DNA of 24,000 nt from the NCBI GenBank assembly GCA_003660975.1, contig QMVG01000002.1, positions 93,848-117,847 of the forward strand. The letters are read 5' to 3'. Both the position numbers and the translations under genes were made by a program. Below are positions 7,778-15,983 of the stretch, one piece after another. The notes below the pieces were generated by a model that worked only from the letters and a program-made list of their open reading frames with translations, was not told the DNA's origin and did not search any database. Each line of letters begins with the position of its first letter. Position 1 is the stretch's first letter. The DNA is from Candidatus Micrarchaeota archaeon (lineage in GTDB: Archaea > B1Sed10-29 > B47-G15).

Positions 7778-8392
7778 TCAAATCCACCCAAAAACAGCTG
7801 CTATAAGCAGGGCACCAACACCACCAAGGCCTCCCATTATTGAGACAAGAAGCGTGAGGCCATTTATTGGGATTGCTATGCCGAGAATAAATTTGACCAC
7901 AAGCAGAGCAATTAAGCCAGCGATAGCATTGGCCAAAAACTGCTTGAAAAGCCACAAGGCGACAAATGTTATTGCCAATAACAATAATCCAATTAAAACA
8001 TATGAGTAATTGCCTTTTATGCTTCCGATTAATTTCTTTACTTTTTCTGTTGTTCCCTTTTTTCTTGGAATGTATGTGTAATTGACTTGGTTTTCATCTG
8101 TCCCATTGCTGAAGAAAAGGGAAAGCGTTTTGCTTTCTGCTGAGCTCAACACAAAAACATAACCCTGTTCCACAGGATTTACTGTCAAATTCTCGCCGTC
8201 TAACACTGCTTTTTCCAGTTTGTAATTGTCCTCTATGTTGCTTATCAGGCAGCTAACGTTTTCCCTTGAAGCCATTATCTTATGCCCCTCAATATTGGAG
8301 GCAGCACACTGTATGGTAAAAGCATTAACAGTAAGCAATGTTAAAAGCAGAGCCAAGGCCGGGTAAACACTTCTTTTAGAATATTTTGGCAT
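7778..8392 (-). CDS. Hypothetical secreted/membrane protein: signal peptide, about 100-aa ectodomain, 3 C-terminal TM helices
   Basis: Start placed at MPKYSKRSVYPALALLLTLLTVNAF. The hydrophobic C-terminal third contains YVLIGLLLLAITFVALWLF, IAGLIALLVVKFILGIAI and LLVSIMGGLGGVGALLIAAVFGWI. No family recognised. Confidence 0.55.
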   Translation of the reverse strand: MPKYSKRSVYPALALLLTLLTVNAFTIQCAASNIEGHKIMASRENVSCLISNIEDNYKLEKAVLDGENLTVNPVEQGYVFVLSSAESKTLSLFFSNGTDENQVNYTYIPRKKGTTEKVKKLIGSIKGNYSYVLIGLLLLAITFVALWLFKQFLANAIAGLIALLVVKFILGIAIPINGLTLLVSIMGGLGGVGALLIAAVFGWI

Positions 8393-8427
8393 ATGCTTAT
8401 ATAGGTGCAAGGTTCCATAAATATCTC

Positions 8428-9060
8428 ATGGTTGAGTATACAAAGGAGCAGCAGCAAATAGCTCGTTCTTTGCTTAAAGGTCCGAAAACAATAGAGGAAT
8501 TGAGAAAGGACCTTAACATGCCTACAGATGAGATATTAAAACATCTTAAAGAACTAATAAAGCTAAAGGTTGTGGAAAAAAGTGGCTTCCCAACCAAATA
8601 CAAGCTTCTGGATGTAATTGTTAACAGGGTGAAATCAGGAAAAGAGAGCCGCCTAAGCGATTACCCTTATGAGGTGCTAATGATAATAGAAGGCATGAGC
8701 AGTGATAAGGAAGCTCTTGAAAAGCAGATGCAGATGCTAAAGGAGAAAATAGAATCAGAGAAAGGCATTGACATAATAAAGCTGAACTTGGCAGATGTCG
8801 TAAAAAATGAGAATAACTTCACTACGTTTATCAGCCTGCAGTTCGGCTGTGAGACATTTGCCGATTTGATTAGGATGATTATACAATATGGCCCTTCCAG
8901 CGTTGAAATTCTAGCTCCGCAAGAAGCTGAATTGTCAATAAGAGAAATGCAGGAAATTTCAAATGACGTGATGTCTGCTGTCCATTACTACATCACACTT
9001 ATAGTTCAACTCAAGCAGGCCATGGGGAAAATGGCAGAAGGAGGGCATTTAAACAAATGA
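8428..9060 (+). CDS. Hypothetical protein with N-terminal winged-helix (ArsR/TrmB-like) DNA-binding domain
   Basis: QQIARSLLKGPKTIEELRKDLNMPTDEILKHLKELIKLKVVEK has the pattern of a wHTH recognition unit. The C-terminal 140 aa are unrecognised. The ATG at 8428 avoids overlapping the divergent gene, and TTATATA lies about 26 nt upstream. Confidence 0.45.
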   Translation: MVEYTKEQQQIARSLLKGPKTIEELRKDLNMPTDEILKHLKELIKLKVVEKSGFPTKYKLLDVIVNRVKSGKESRLSDYPYEVLMIIEGMSSDKEALEKQMQMLKEKIESEKGIDIIKLNLADVVKNENNFTTFISLQFGCETFADLIRMIIQYGPSSVEILAPQEAELSIREMQEISNDVMSAVHYYITLIVQLKQAMGKMAEGGHLNK

Positions 9061-9100
9061 CGAAGTTGTGCCTGACGTTATCTGAAAACCGCACCACAAT

Positions 9101-9109
9101 ATTTATAAA
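9101..9109 (+). promoter_or_regulatory. TATA box of the S-layer gene promoter
   Basis: ATTTATAAA lies about 100 nt upstream of the ATG. This implies a 5' UTR of about 80 nt ending in a GAGGTG SD (9195-9200), 8 nt before the ATG at 9209. Confidence 0.5.
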
Positions 9110-9163
9110 CCCTATCAATATCATTTAATCCACAGATATGGTGGGATAGCCATGTCTGTTGAT

Positions 9164-9184
9164 AACAAAGAATAAATCTTTGTT
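9164..9184 (+). promoter_or_regulatory. Perfect 8-bp hairpin in the S-layer 5' UTR
   Basis: AACAAAGA-ATAAA-TCTTTGTT has exactly complementary arms and a 5-nt loop. It lies 10 nt upstream of the SD. Confidence 0.5.
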
Positions 9185-9208
9185 CGATAAAAACGAGGTG
9201 AAGAAAGC

Positions 9209-11899
9209 ATGAGAAGTTTGAATTTAAAGAGGGTGGCGGCCATCGCAGCTGGAGCTGCAATGGTTGGTAGCACACTTGCTACTGGTTTGGCTGCAGTAAA
9301 CACCCAAGGTGACGTCACAAGCTTTGTACAGAACGTCAAAGCAAACCTAGACGACGTGGAGATCGTCGTCGGAACGAACGGAGCTGCAATCAGTGACGGA
9401 ATACAGGCAGCTAAGTTAGCAGCTGTTCTTGCAACCCTCAACTTTGAGGAAGCAACTGACGTAGCAGCAGTACCTGACACATCAGGAGTAACAATCGGCG
9501 AGAAGTCAGTAAAGGTCTCAACATCAACAGGAGGAACAATAGTACAGCCATCAGAGGTAGAGTTCCCAATAGTCTACCCAGCAGTAGTGGATTACTCCTC
9601 AAGCGTAAGTTATTCTACCGGTTCAAAACCAGCAACCTTGACGCCAGATGTCCTCCCAGGTGTTCTGACCAGGTCAACATTTGAGACAATAACATCAGGA
9701 GGAACAACTGTTGACAGGATGCTTGAGGAGCAGATAGTGATAGACAGCGGCAATGTCAAGTACGCAGAGGACACAGACCCAGACGGACACGGGCTGTACT
9801 GGAACCTCGGAGGCAAGGACCACATCCACTACAAGCTCGACTTTACGAAGAGCGGAAATGGTCTGCCAACAGGTTCTGGCAACTACTCAGAAACGCCTGA
9901 GATAACACTTCTGGGACACACCTATGGAATAAACACAAGAAAGCTAGCTGACAATGTATTTGAGCTCTACGCAGGAGACAAGATAACACTGACATCAGGA
10001 GATGAGTACGAGACAGCAGACGGTTACACAATAAAAGTCAACTTAGTGAGCCAAATAACTAGTGAAAGCACCACACGTGGAAAGGTCTCCTTGACCGTGA
10101 CATCTCCTGACGGAGACGAGCAGACAAGAAGCATCCAGGAAGGAAACTCATACGAGTTCTTCGGAGGAGCAGTCACAATAACAGTTGACAGCGCAGCAAC
10201 AGGTTTCACTCAGGAGAACGTCCAGACAGGAGTTGCAACCCTTAGGATCGGAACAGGCTCATTGAAGTTTGAGAAAGGAGATCCATTCCCACTTGACCCT
10301 GCCTGGAAGGTCAAGGACATAACCTGGAGCTCTGGATACCTGCAGTCAATAGACATAACATACGGAAACCCAGACGGAGAAACATACTTTGAGAAGGGAG
10401 ACTTCCAGGGAGATGTGAAGCACGGGCTTGCGCAGGGAGTAATCGTGCCAGGTCCAAAGGACGCAGACGGAAAATCCCTGTTCAACATCCAGCTTGCAGG
10501 CTTTGGAGGTTCAACCCAGATAGACACAACAACACTTGAGTTTGAGGGAGACGGCAGCGACTCAGATGCTGTAATGCACGTGACATGGGTTGACCCAGAC
10601 GGCTTGACAAATGTGCTGGATGCCAGCAAGGACGAATTGGCTCCATTCCACAAACTAGTTGCTGGTTCAAATGAGACATTGAACGCGACAACAGAGGCCA
10701 ACTACTTCATAGTGAACGACAAGCTATTTGTCTTCAAGGGATGGACAACAGAGGGGCTTCCAACGCATTTCGTAAAGCCAAGGTTCGCAATAGGCTCAGC
10801 AACAGGTCCTGTAATTGAGGGAGACCCTGTTGACATGTCAAAGGCATCACCAACAGGACACTTCAAGTACACATCAGGAGCTTCAGCAACAGGAGGCAAC
10901 ATAGACTGTACATTCACGTACTACAGCAATGCCTCAAAGGACGATGGCTGGATACACATAGCATACGATGCCGCAACATGTGACATAATACCTGACCAAG
11001 TGAACGCAGGAATGGAAGCAGTAATGGACCAAGCAGCTCAGAGCGGTACGCCTGTAACAATGGACCTCAGGTATGTGAGGGGCGCAAAGCTGAACGCCTC
11101 AAGCGAGACCAATGTGGATGGAAAGACATTCCCTGTTGTGTTGCTCTGGGAGGCGAACCAGACATACCCAGGAGCTGACAGGCCAATTGTTATAATGTAT
11201 GACGGCTCAACAACAACTGGTTTCAGCAAGGATTACACAGGCATACTGGCAGGAATTCCAACAAACATAACCCTCTTAGGAAATGGAGCTAAGGGAGGAG
11301 CAGTCCTGAACATGTCAGAGTACACAGACAACAAGCTGGTTGACACACCTGCAAACAGTGCCTCAACAAGCAGCACAATACAAAACAAATACCACATAAC
11401 AGCCTACAGCTCTGAGTTGTCTGCGGATGGAAACAAGTTGACAATTGTCGTGCCAGAGGCCGCAAGGTCAGCTGTTGTGAAGGTGGCCAAGACCATTGAG
11501 GAAACAGAAGGCGAGGAAGGACAGGCATACTACACGCTGTCTGAGGGAGATTCAATCAGCGGCGTGACAATAGAAGAGATCAACGCAGAGATAACTGGTC
11601 TGGACAGCATCACCTGCGGTGCAGCTGAGGGAACACTCTACTCCAAGAAGACTGCACTTGACCCAACAGCTCTGGTGACGACGGACACAGCCGCAACAGC
11701 AACATACCAGATTGTTGTTGGAGGTCCATTTGTCAACAAGTTGGCACAGGCCATTGACACAACTGGACTGACAACGACAGGAGCTGGTGCACAGTACCTC
11801 ATCGCAACAGATGATGGTACAAAGTTGCTGGCTGCTGGTTACACAGCAAGCGACACTGCGGCTGCAGTTGACGAGTTAATCCGTCTGTTGCAAGGATAA
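9209..11899 (+). CDS. S-layer protein (Methanococcales/Thermococcales-type N- and C-terminal S-layer domains)
   Basis: Signal peptide KRVAAIAAGAAMVGSTLATGLAA, then VVGTNGAAISDGIQAAKLAAVLA. The C-terminus YQIVVGGPFVNKLAQ...LLAAGYTASDTAAAVDELI matches the S_layer_N/S_layer_C patterns as I remember them. The protein is acidic, rich in Thr/Gly/Ala/Asp, poor in Lys, and carries 8 N-X-S/T sequons. Codon usage is strongly biased and differs from its neighbours. Confidence 0.85.
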   Translation: MRSLNLKRVAAIAAGAAMVGSTLATGLAAVNTQGDVTSFVQNVKANLDDVEIVVGTNGAAISDGIQAAKLAAVLATLNFEEATDVAAVPDTSGVTIGEKSVKVSTSTGGTIVQPSEVEFPIVYPAVVDYSSSVSYSTGSKPATLTPDVLPGVLTRSTFETITSGGTTVDRMLEEQIVIDSGNVKYAEDTDPDGHGLYWNLGGKDHIHYKLDFTKSGNGLPTGSGNYSETPEITLLGHTYGINTRKLADNVFELYAGDKITLTSGDEYETADGYTIKVNLVSQITSESTTRGKVSLTVTSPDGDEQTRSIQEGNSYEFFGGAVTITVDSAATGFTQENVQTGVATLRIGTGSLKFEKGDPFPLDPAWKVKDITWSSGYLQSIDITYGNPDGETYFEKGDFQGDVKHGLAQGVIVPGPKDADGKSLFNIQLAGFGGSTQIDTTTLEFEGDGSDSDAVMHVTWVDPDGLTNVLDASKDELAPFHKLVAGSNETLNATTEANYFIVNDKLFVFKGWTTEGLPTHFVKPRFAIGSATGPVIEGDPVDMSKASPTGHFKYTSGASATGGNIDCTFTYYSNASKDDGWIHIAYDAATCDIIPDQVNAGMEAVMDQAAQSGTPVTMDLRYVRGAKLNASSETNVDGKTFPVVLLWEANQTYPGADRPIVIMYDGSTTTGFSKDYTGILAGIPTNITLLGNGAKGGAVLNMSEYTDNKLVDTPANSASTSSTIQNKYHITAYSSELSADGNKLTIVVPEAARSAVVKVAKTIEETEGEEGQAYYTLSEGDSISGVTIEEINAEITGLDSITCGAAEGTLYSKKTALDPTALVTTDTAATATYQIVVGGPFVNKLAQAIDTTGLTTTGAGAQYLIATDDGTKLLAAGYTASDTAAAVDELIRLLQG

Positions 11900-11912
11900 G
11901 GGCTCTAACCCC

Positions 11913-11935
11913 CTTTTCCCTTATTTTTGTTTTTA
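11913..11935 (+). terminator. Oligo-T archaeal terminator after the S-layer gene
   Basis: CTTTTCCCTTATTTTTGTTTTT contains T4, T5 and T5 runs within 35 nt of the stop codon. Confidence 0.6.
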
Positions 11936-11958
11936 CAAAGCTCTGAGCGTTAGCTCTG

Positions 11959-11968
11959 TTTAAATATA
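11959..11968 (+). promoter_or_regulatory. TATA box for the downstream six-gene operon
   Basis: TTTAAATATA is centred about 27 nt upstream of the ATG at 11991, which suggests a leaderless transcript. Confidence 0.5.
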
Positions 11969-11990
11969 AGAAAAATGTTAAGTGATAACT

Positions 11991-12548
11991 ATGAAAAAAA
12001 GGACTAAAGCAGGATCAAAAAAGCAAGCGCAGTGGAAATACGGCCTTATCACCGTAATTGCAATTATCATTATTGCCTCAATAATCCTTTTAAGCTCCTC
12101 GCCTGTTAGCAGGTATAGGATAGGAAACACTGATGCTTACATCGTAGGCCATGATGCAGTAAACAGAATAAAACAGCTTCTGGAAGAATCCTCTCGCGTA
12201 ATTATTATAGCAGAAGGAGACAACCACACAACCCAAACAACCGGCTTTATATCATCTGCAGTAACATATCTTGCGAGGGACTTTCCGAAGCGACTAAATA
12301 GCTCAGACATCTATGGCATAGAGTATTACGGGGGCAGGGCCATTGGTTGCATAGGAGAGAATGCAAGCCTGGACTTTTGCCTCAATTTCAAGCCCTCTGA
12401 TAAGGAACTGCTCATAAAAATTAAATACCCAAATTACAGCGAGAACAATATTTTAGTTTACGATAACACCATTGAGTTCAGAGGCAAGTCAGGAGCAGAT
12501 ACCCTATCTCTTGTGAAAGCTTTTGAACAGCTCTTCCTAGGGAAGTGA
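11991..12548 (+). CDS. Hypothetical N-terminally membrane-anchored protein (first gene of the operon after the S-layer gene)
   Basis: Basic N-terminus MKKRTKAGSKKQAQWKY, one TM helix (GLITVIAIIIIASIILLSS), then an extracytoplasmic domain of about 145 aa. I prefer the ATG at 11991 to the GTG at 11982. No family recognised. Confidence 0.55.
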   Translation: MKKRTKAGSKKQAQWKYGLITVIAIIIIASIILLSSSPVSRYRIGNTDAYIVGHDAVNRIKQLLEESSRVIIIAEGDNHTTQTTGFISSAVTYLARDFPKRLNSSDIYGIEYYGGRAIGCIGENASLDFCLNFKPSDKELLIKIKYPNYSENNILVYDNTIEFRGKSGADTLSLVKAFEQLFLGK

Positions 12549-12552
12549 TTTT

Positions 12553-13461
12553 TTGAGATTGAACGTCCTGTGGTTTACACTATCTCTTGTGCTTATTTTT
12601 CTTTTGTATGAGCTCAGCGGCGCAAAAGTGCAAGGAATTAACCTTGCATACTTCTCCCTTTCTTCATTGCTTTTTCTCGCATCAACCTTTTTTTGGGCCT
12701 TAGCCTGGATCTATGTTATGAAAGCACCAACAAGAAAAGCACTTATTATACACCTAAGGTCTCTGGCAGGTGTTTTTGCTCCTATGGGTCTTGGAGCTGA
12801 CATGCTCAGAAGCTTTTGGGCATCAAAAGAAAAAGGAATGAAACCAGACAGGGCTTTGGCTTGCAGTTTGATAGTTAAGTTTTTCAAGTTTATTTTAATG
12901 TTCCTACTTTTACTGTTCAGCGTAATTGCCCTGAGCAGCCGTTCATATGATTTCCCTCAATACGTGTTCATCTTTATAAGCATGCTTTTCTCTGCTCTCA
13001 TAGGTCTTTTGATAATTATCCTGCTGAGGTCAAGAAAAACAATTGCATTTATCCACCATTTCATTAGGAAGTTATTCTTATGGCGCTTTCATGAGGAGCT
13101 TAACCTTAACTTTGACAGGTTGAGGTTGAGAGACATTGCCTTTATAATCATTGTGCTTATGCTGTCTGTTGTTTTTGAGATAGGGGCTGCCTGGGCTGCT
13201 TTCTTGTCCGTTTCTCAAGAGCTTCCTCTGCTACATATCATTATATTTTCCAGCGTTGCTTCCTCTCTTGCGCTGATAACCGTGTCGCCACAGGGGCTCG
13301 GATTCGTTGAGGCAGGCTCTTACTTTCTTCTGTCAATGGGCTACTTTTCGCTTTCAAGAGTGGTTATAGGCAATGTTTTAATAGTATGGAACATAGTAAG
13401 ATTATGGATTCCCAGCATTGTGGGTCTATTTGCTTCACTTGTAAAGAGGTCTGATAGATGA
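12553..13461 (+). CDS. Polytopic membrane protein, flippase-like / UPF0104 (LPG-synthase TM-domain) family candidate
   Basis: About 8 predicted TM helices. The segment GVFAPMGLGADMLRSFWASKEKGMKPDRALACSLIVKF resembles the conserved P.G.GGE..R...L.K.G block of this family. TTG start. The stop overlaps the next ATG (ATGA). Confidence 0.5.
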   Translation: MRLNVLWFTLSLVLIFLLYELSGAKVQGINLAYFSLSSLLFLASTFFWALAWIYVMKAPTRKALIIHLRSLAGVFAPMGLGADMLRSFWASKEKGMKPDRALACSLIVKFFKFILMFLLLLFSVIALSSRSYDFPQYVFIFISMLFSALIGLLIIILLRSRKTIAFIHHFIRKLFLWRFHEELNLNFDRLRLRDIAFIIIVLMLSVVFEIGAAWAAFLSVSQELPLLHIIIFSSVASSLALITVSPQGLGFVEAGSYFLLSMGYFSLSRVVIGNVLIVWNIVRLWIPSIVGLFASLVKRSDR

Positions 13462-14141
13462 TAACAGTTGTGATGCCTGCGTTTAATGAAGCCGAGAAAG
13501 GCATTGAAAATAACTTGAAAGAGCTGTGCAGGTTAAAAGAAGTTGACGAGATTGTTGTTGTTAATGACGGAAGCAGCGATGACACAGCCAAAATCGTCCA
13601 AAGCATTGCTAGAAGAAACAGGAAAGTTAAGTTAGTGAACCATGAGAGAAACAAAGGAAAAGGAGAAGCCATGAGGACAGGTGTTAAAAATGCTAGGGGA
13701 GACCTTATTGTTTTCATTGACGCCTCACAGTTTAGTATTTCAGACATTCCAAAGGTAGTAAAGAAAGCGAAAAATTATGACATAGTGATCGGCATTAGGG
13801 ACTTCAGCAAGATACCTCTGCTCAGAAGAATAAATAACCTCCTATCAAGGCTCGCTGTTTTCATAGCAACAGGCAGACATATCAGCGACAGCATAAGTGG
13901 CTTTAGGGCAATAAGAAAAAAAGACTTCATTGCACTTGATACTAAGGAAAGGGGCTATGCAATAGAAATAGAGATGAACTTCAAGGCATTAAGCAGGGGG
14001 ATGACTGTAGGTGAAGTTCCGGTTAAGGTCTACTACGAAAAAGAGTCCTCTTTACCCACATTGGGCTCTTTAAAGAGATCCGTATACGAGTCCTGCTTTA
14101 CTGTGCTTGGTGTGTTTAGGACCTGGCTTGGGCTGTGGTGA
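13458..14141 (+). CDS. GT2-family glycosyltransferase, polyprenol/dolichol-phosphate hexose synthase-like (Dpm1/AglD/AglJ class)
   Basis: VVMPAFNEAE, VVVNDGSSDDT, GKGEAMRTG, VFIDAS (DXD-type) and SGFRAIRK are canonical GT-A fold GT2 motifs. At 227 aa it is the catalytic domain only. Confidence 0.85.
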   Translation: MITVVMPAFNEAEKGIENNLKELCRLKEVDEIVVVNDGSSDDTAKIVQSIARRNRKVKLVNHERNKGKGEAMRTGVKNARGDLIVFIDASQFSISDIPKVVKKAKNYDIVIGIRDFSKIPLLRRINNLLSRLAVFIATGRHISDSISGFRAIRKKDFIALDTKERGYAIEIEMNFKALSRGMTVGEVPVKVYYEKESSLPTLGSLKRSVYESCFTVLGVFRTWLGLW

Positions 14142-14142
14142 T

Positions 14143-14559
14143 ATGGTAAGGAAATATTATACATTCAAACAGTTCAGGGAAATGCTTTTTGTAATTACCA
14201 TAATCCTTATATCTTTGCTGGCCATTTTACTTTCTTTGATTTCACCATACAAGCAGGAAGCAACTGTTTATGAACTTTGGCTGTCTAATTATTCTTCAAC
14301 AGTAGAGAAAGGCGAGAACATAACTTTTTTCATAAACAGCAACAGCGAGAGCAACAAGTTGTTTTCAATTGCCATATATTTTGACAGTAAATTGAAGGCA
14401 AATTTTCTGAGCACTTTGAACAAAAATAGTATAAAAGTAAACCTGCCAAACGACCTTGATAAAGGAAAGCACAGGATTTCTGTTGTGGTTTTTGATACCT
14501 CTACAGGAGATTGGTTTGGTCAAGGGCATCAGTTGTTCTATACGGTGAACGTCTTATGA
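14143..14559 (+). CDS. Hypothetical small membrane-anchored protein with a beta-rich ectodomain
   Basis: Start placed at MVRKYY (GGTGA SD just upstream). One TM helix (LFVITIILISLLAILLSLI) and a domain of about 100 aa with NYSS and NITF sequons. The stop overlaps the next ATG (ATGA). Confidence 0.5.
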   Translation: MVRKYYTFKQFREMLFVITIILISLLAILLSLISPYKQEATVYELWLSNYSSTVEKGENITFFINSNSESNKLFSIAIYFDSKLKANFLSTLNKNSIKVNLPNDLDKGKHRISVVVFDTSTGDWFGQGHQLFYTVNVL

Positions 14560-15980
14560 AAAAGATAACAGTTTCATTGTTGCTTGCTTTGATATTCATT
14601 ACAGGGCTCGCATTAAGGCTAATGCCTGCGCTCAATTCAGAGCTTCCACTTAGGTTTGATTCTTACTATCACGCCCGTGTTGCAGAGTTGATAAATAGAG
14701 ACATGTCTATCCCATCTTGGGAACCATGGCCTTATGGTGGAAGGCCCCATGTATACCCTCCTGCCTATCCGCTGCTTTTGCTTTTTATTTCCAAGCTTTT
14801 TATGACAACTACTTTGAATGCAAGCAGGTTTGTACTTCCTTTCATAAGCTCTTTGATTGTTGTAGCAGCTTTTTACTTTGTTAGGTCATTTAAGTCAGAA
14901 AGGGCAGCATTGATAGCCAGTTTTCTGATTTCAGTTAACCCTTATCTTGTGTCATCATCATACGATTCTCCCCAAGTGATAGGGATACTCCTTCTTATTA
15001 TCGCAGTGTATTTTGTTTTCAAAAAAGAATTTTTTAAAGCATCCATCTTGCTAGCATCAGTTTTTTTCTTTAATCCATTTAGCTTAGTTATGTTCTCAGT
15101 TCCGCTTTTTGCCTATCTGTTGATAAGGGACAAAACACTCAACACTGCAAAGACATTCTCATTACCTATAATCACCTCCATTCTCTGGCTGCTTTTAAAT
15201 TTCAACGCTACGTCCTGCTATAACAATTGGATAGGGCCTTTATTCATAATGAAAAAAATAAACCCCTGGATAAATTTCGCTACACCTATATTCATATTTC
15301 TTCCAATTATAGCCTTTGTTATGATTAAAGACCTTAAGGACAAGTTCAGGTTTTTCTGGTTTATCTCTTCAATTGTTTTTGTGGCAGTATTCATGCTTCA
15401 TTTTATTACTCCTATTTTCCATCCTTGGAGGGCAGATGTTTATCTAATGCTTGCCCTCTCTTTTCTGTTTTCCGATTCTTTGTCAAGCCTAAACTGGAAA
15501 AACCTATTTCTGTTCATAACACTCTCAATGATAAGCCTTGCCTCCCTTTTCTCTGTTTTCCTAGCATCTCCCTTGATGATGCCCCCCCTCACACAGAACG
15601 AGTACAAACTGGTTGATTTTATCAGCAAAAACAATAAGGGGCTGCCGATATTGGCAAATCATGACATGTGCTCAAATATTCTAACCTTGACAAATAAAAG
15701 CTGTCTCTTGGACTTGAACTTTGAGTGCATACCAAATGCAACGAGTTGGTACGACTACGAACAGTTCTTCTGGGTAGCAAGCAGGCAGGAGATGAGAGAC
15801 ATTATAAATAGGAATCCAGATATATCCTATATTGCATACTCCTCAGGAGATTGGGGAAGGCAGTTCTTGGAATCTATGGATGTTGACAAGGTATATTCAG
15901 CGTGGACTGATTCGTCCAGAGATGCGAGCCTGTATAAGGTTAACAGAATTAAAGGCAATATAACGTATATGGAGGGCTGA
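14556..15980 (+). CDS. GT-C fold membrane glycosyltransferase, STT3/AglB-like paralogue 1 (no WWDYG motif)
   Basis: Polytopic protein of 474 aa. The first external loop RFDSYYHARVAE...PYGGRPHVYPPAYPLLL resembles the STT3/AglB (F)DP(W/Y)(F/Y)HxR...YPP region. The C-terminal soluble domain is about 130 aa. It aligns along its length with the next gene. Confidence 0.55.
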   Translation: MKKITVSLLLALIFITGLALRLMPALNSELPLRFDSYYHARVAELINRDMSIPSWEPWPYGGRPHVYPPAYPLLLLFISKLFMTTTLNASRFVLPFISSLIVVAAFYFVRSFKSERAALIASFLISVNPYLVSSSYDSPQVIGILLLIIAVYFVFKKEFFKASILLASVFFFNPFSLVMFSVPLFAYLLIRDKTLNTAKTFSLPIITSILWLLLNFNATSCYNNWIGPLFIMKKINPWINFATPIFIFLPIIAFVMIKDLKDKFRFFWFISSIVFVAVFMLHFITPIFHPWRADVYLMLALSFLFSDSLSSLNWKNLFLFITLSMISLASLFSVFLASPLMMPPLTQNEYKLVDFISKNNKGLPILANHDMCSNILTLTNKSCLLDLNFECIPNATSWYDYEQFFWVASRQEMRDIINRNPDISYIAYSSGDWGRQFLESMDVDKVYSAWTDSSRDASLYKVNRIKGNITYMEG

Positions 15981-15983
15981 GAA

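Noticed and set aside
9061-9100. AATGACGA...CCTGA...CTGA motifs just after the wHTH gene stop, resembling C and D boxes
   Set aside because: The C-to-D spacing is only 8 nt, there are no C'/D' boxes, and no terminal stem is present. The motifs most likely occur by chance in the 3' UTR.
9121-11555. Numerous 60-160-aa ORFs antisense to the S-layer gene (for example 9121..9480 -, 10210..10701 -, 11289..11555 -)
   Set aside because: These are shadow ORFs. The sense strand encodes a full-length, motif-supported S-layer protein whose biased codon usage suppresses stop codons on the opposite strand. Their translations are low-complexity with no recognisable motifs or start signals.
9209-11899. A visibly more GC-rich block with different codon usage, which could indicate a horizontally acquired island
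   Set aside because: The block coincides exactly with one gene. The shift is explained by the Ala/Gly/Thr/Asp-rich, Lys-poor composition of an S-layer protein plus high-expression codon bias. There are no flanking repeats, integrase or tRNA-adjacent junction.
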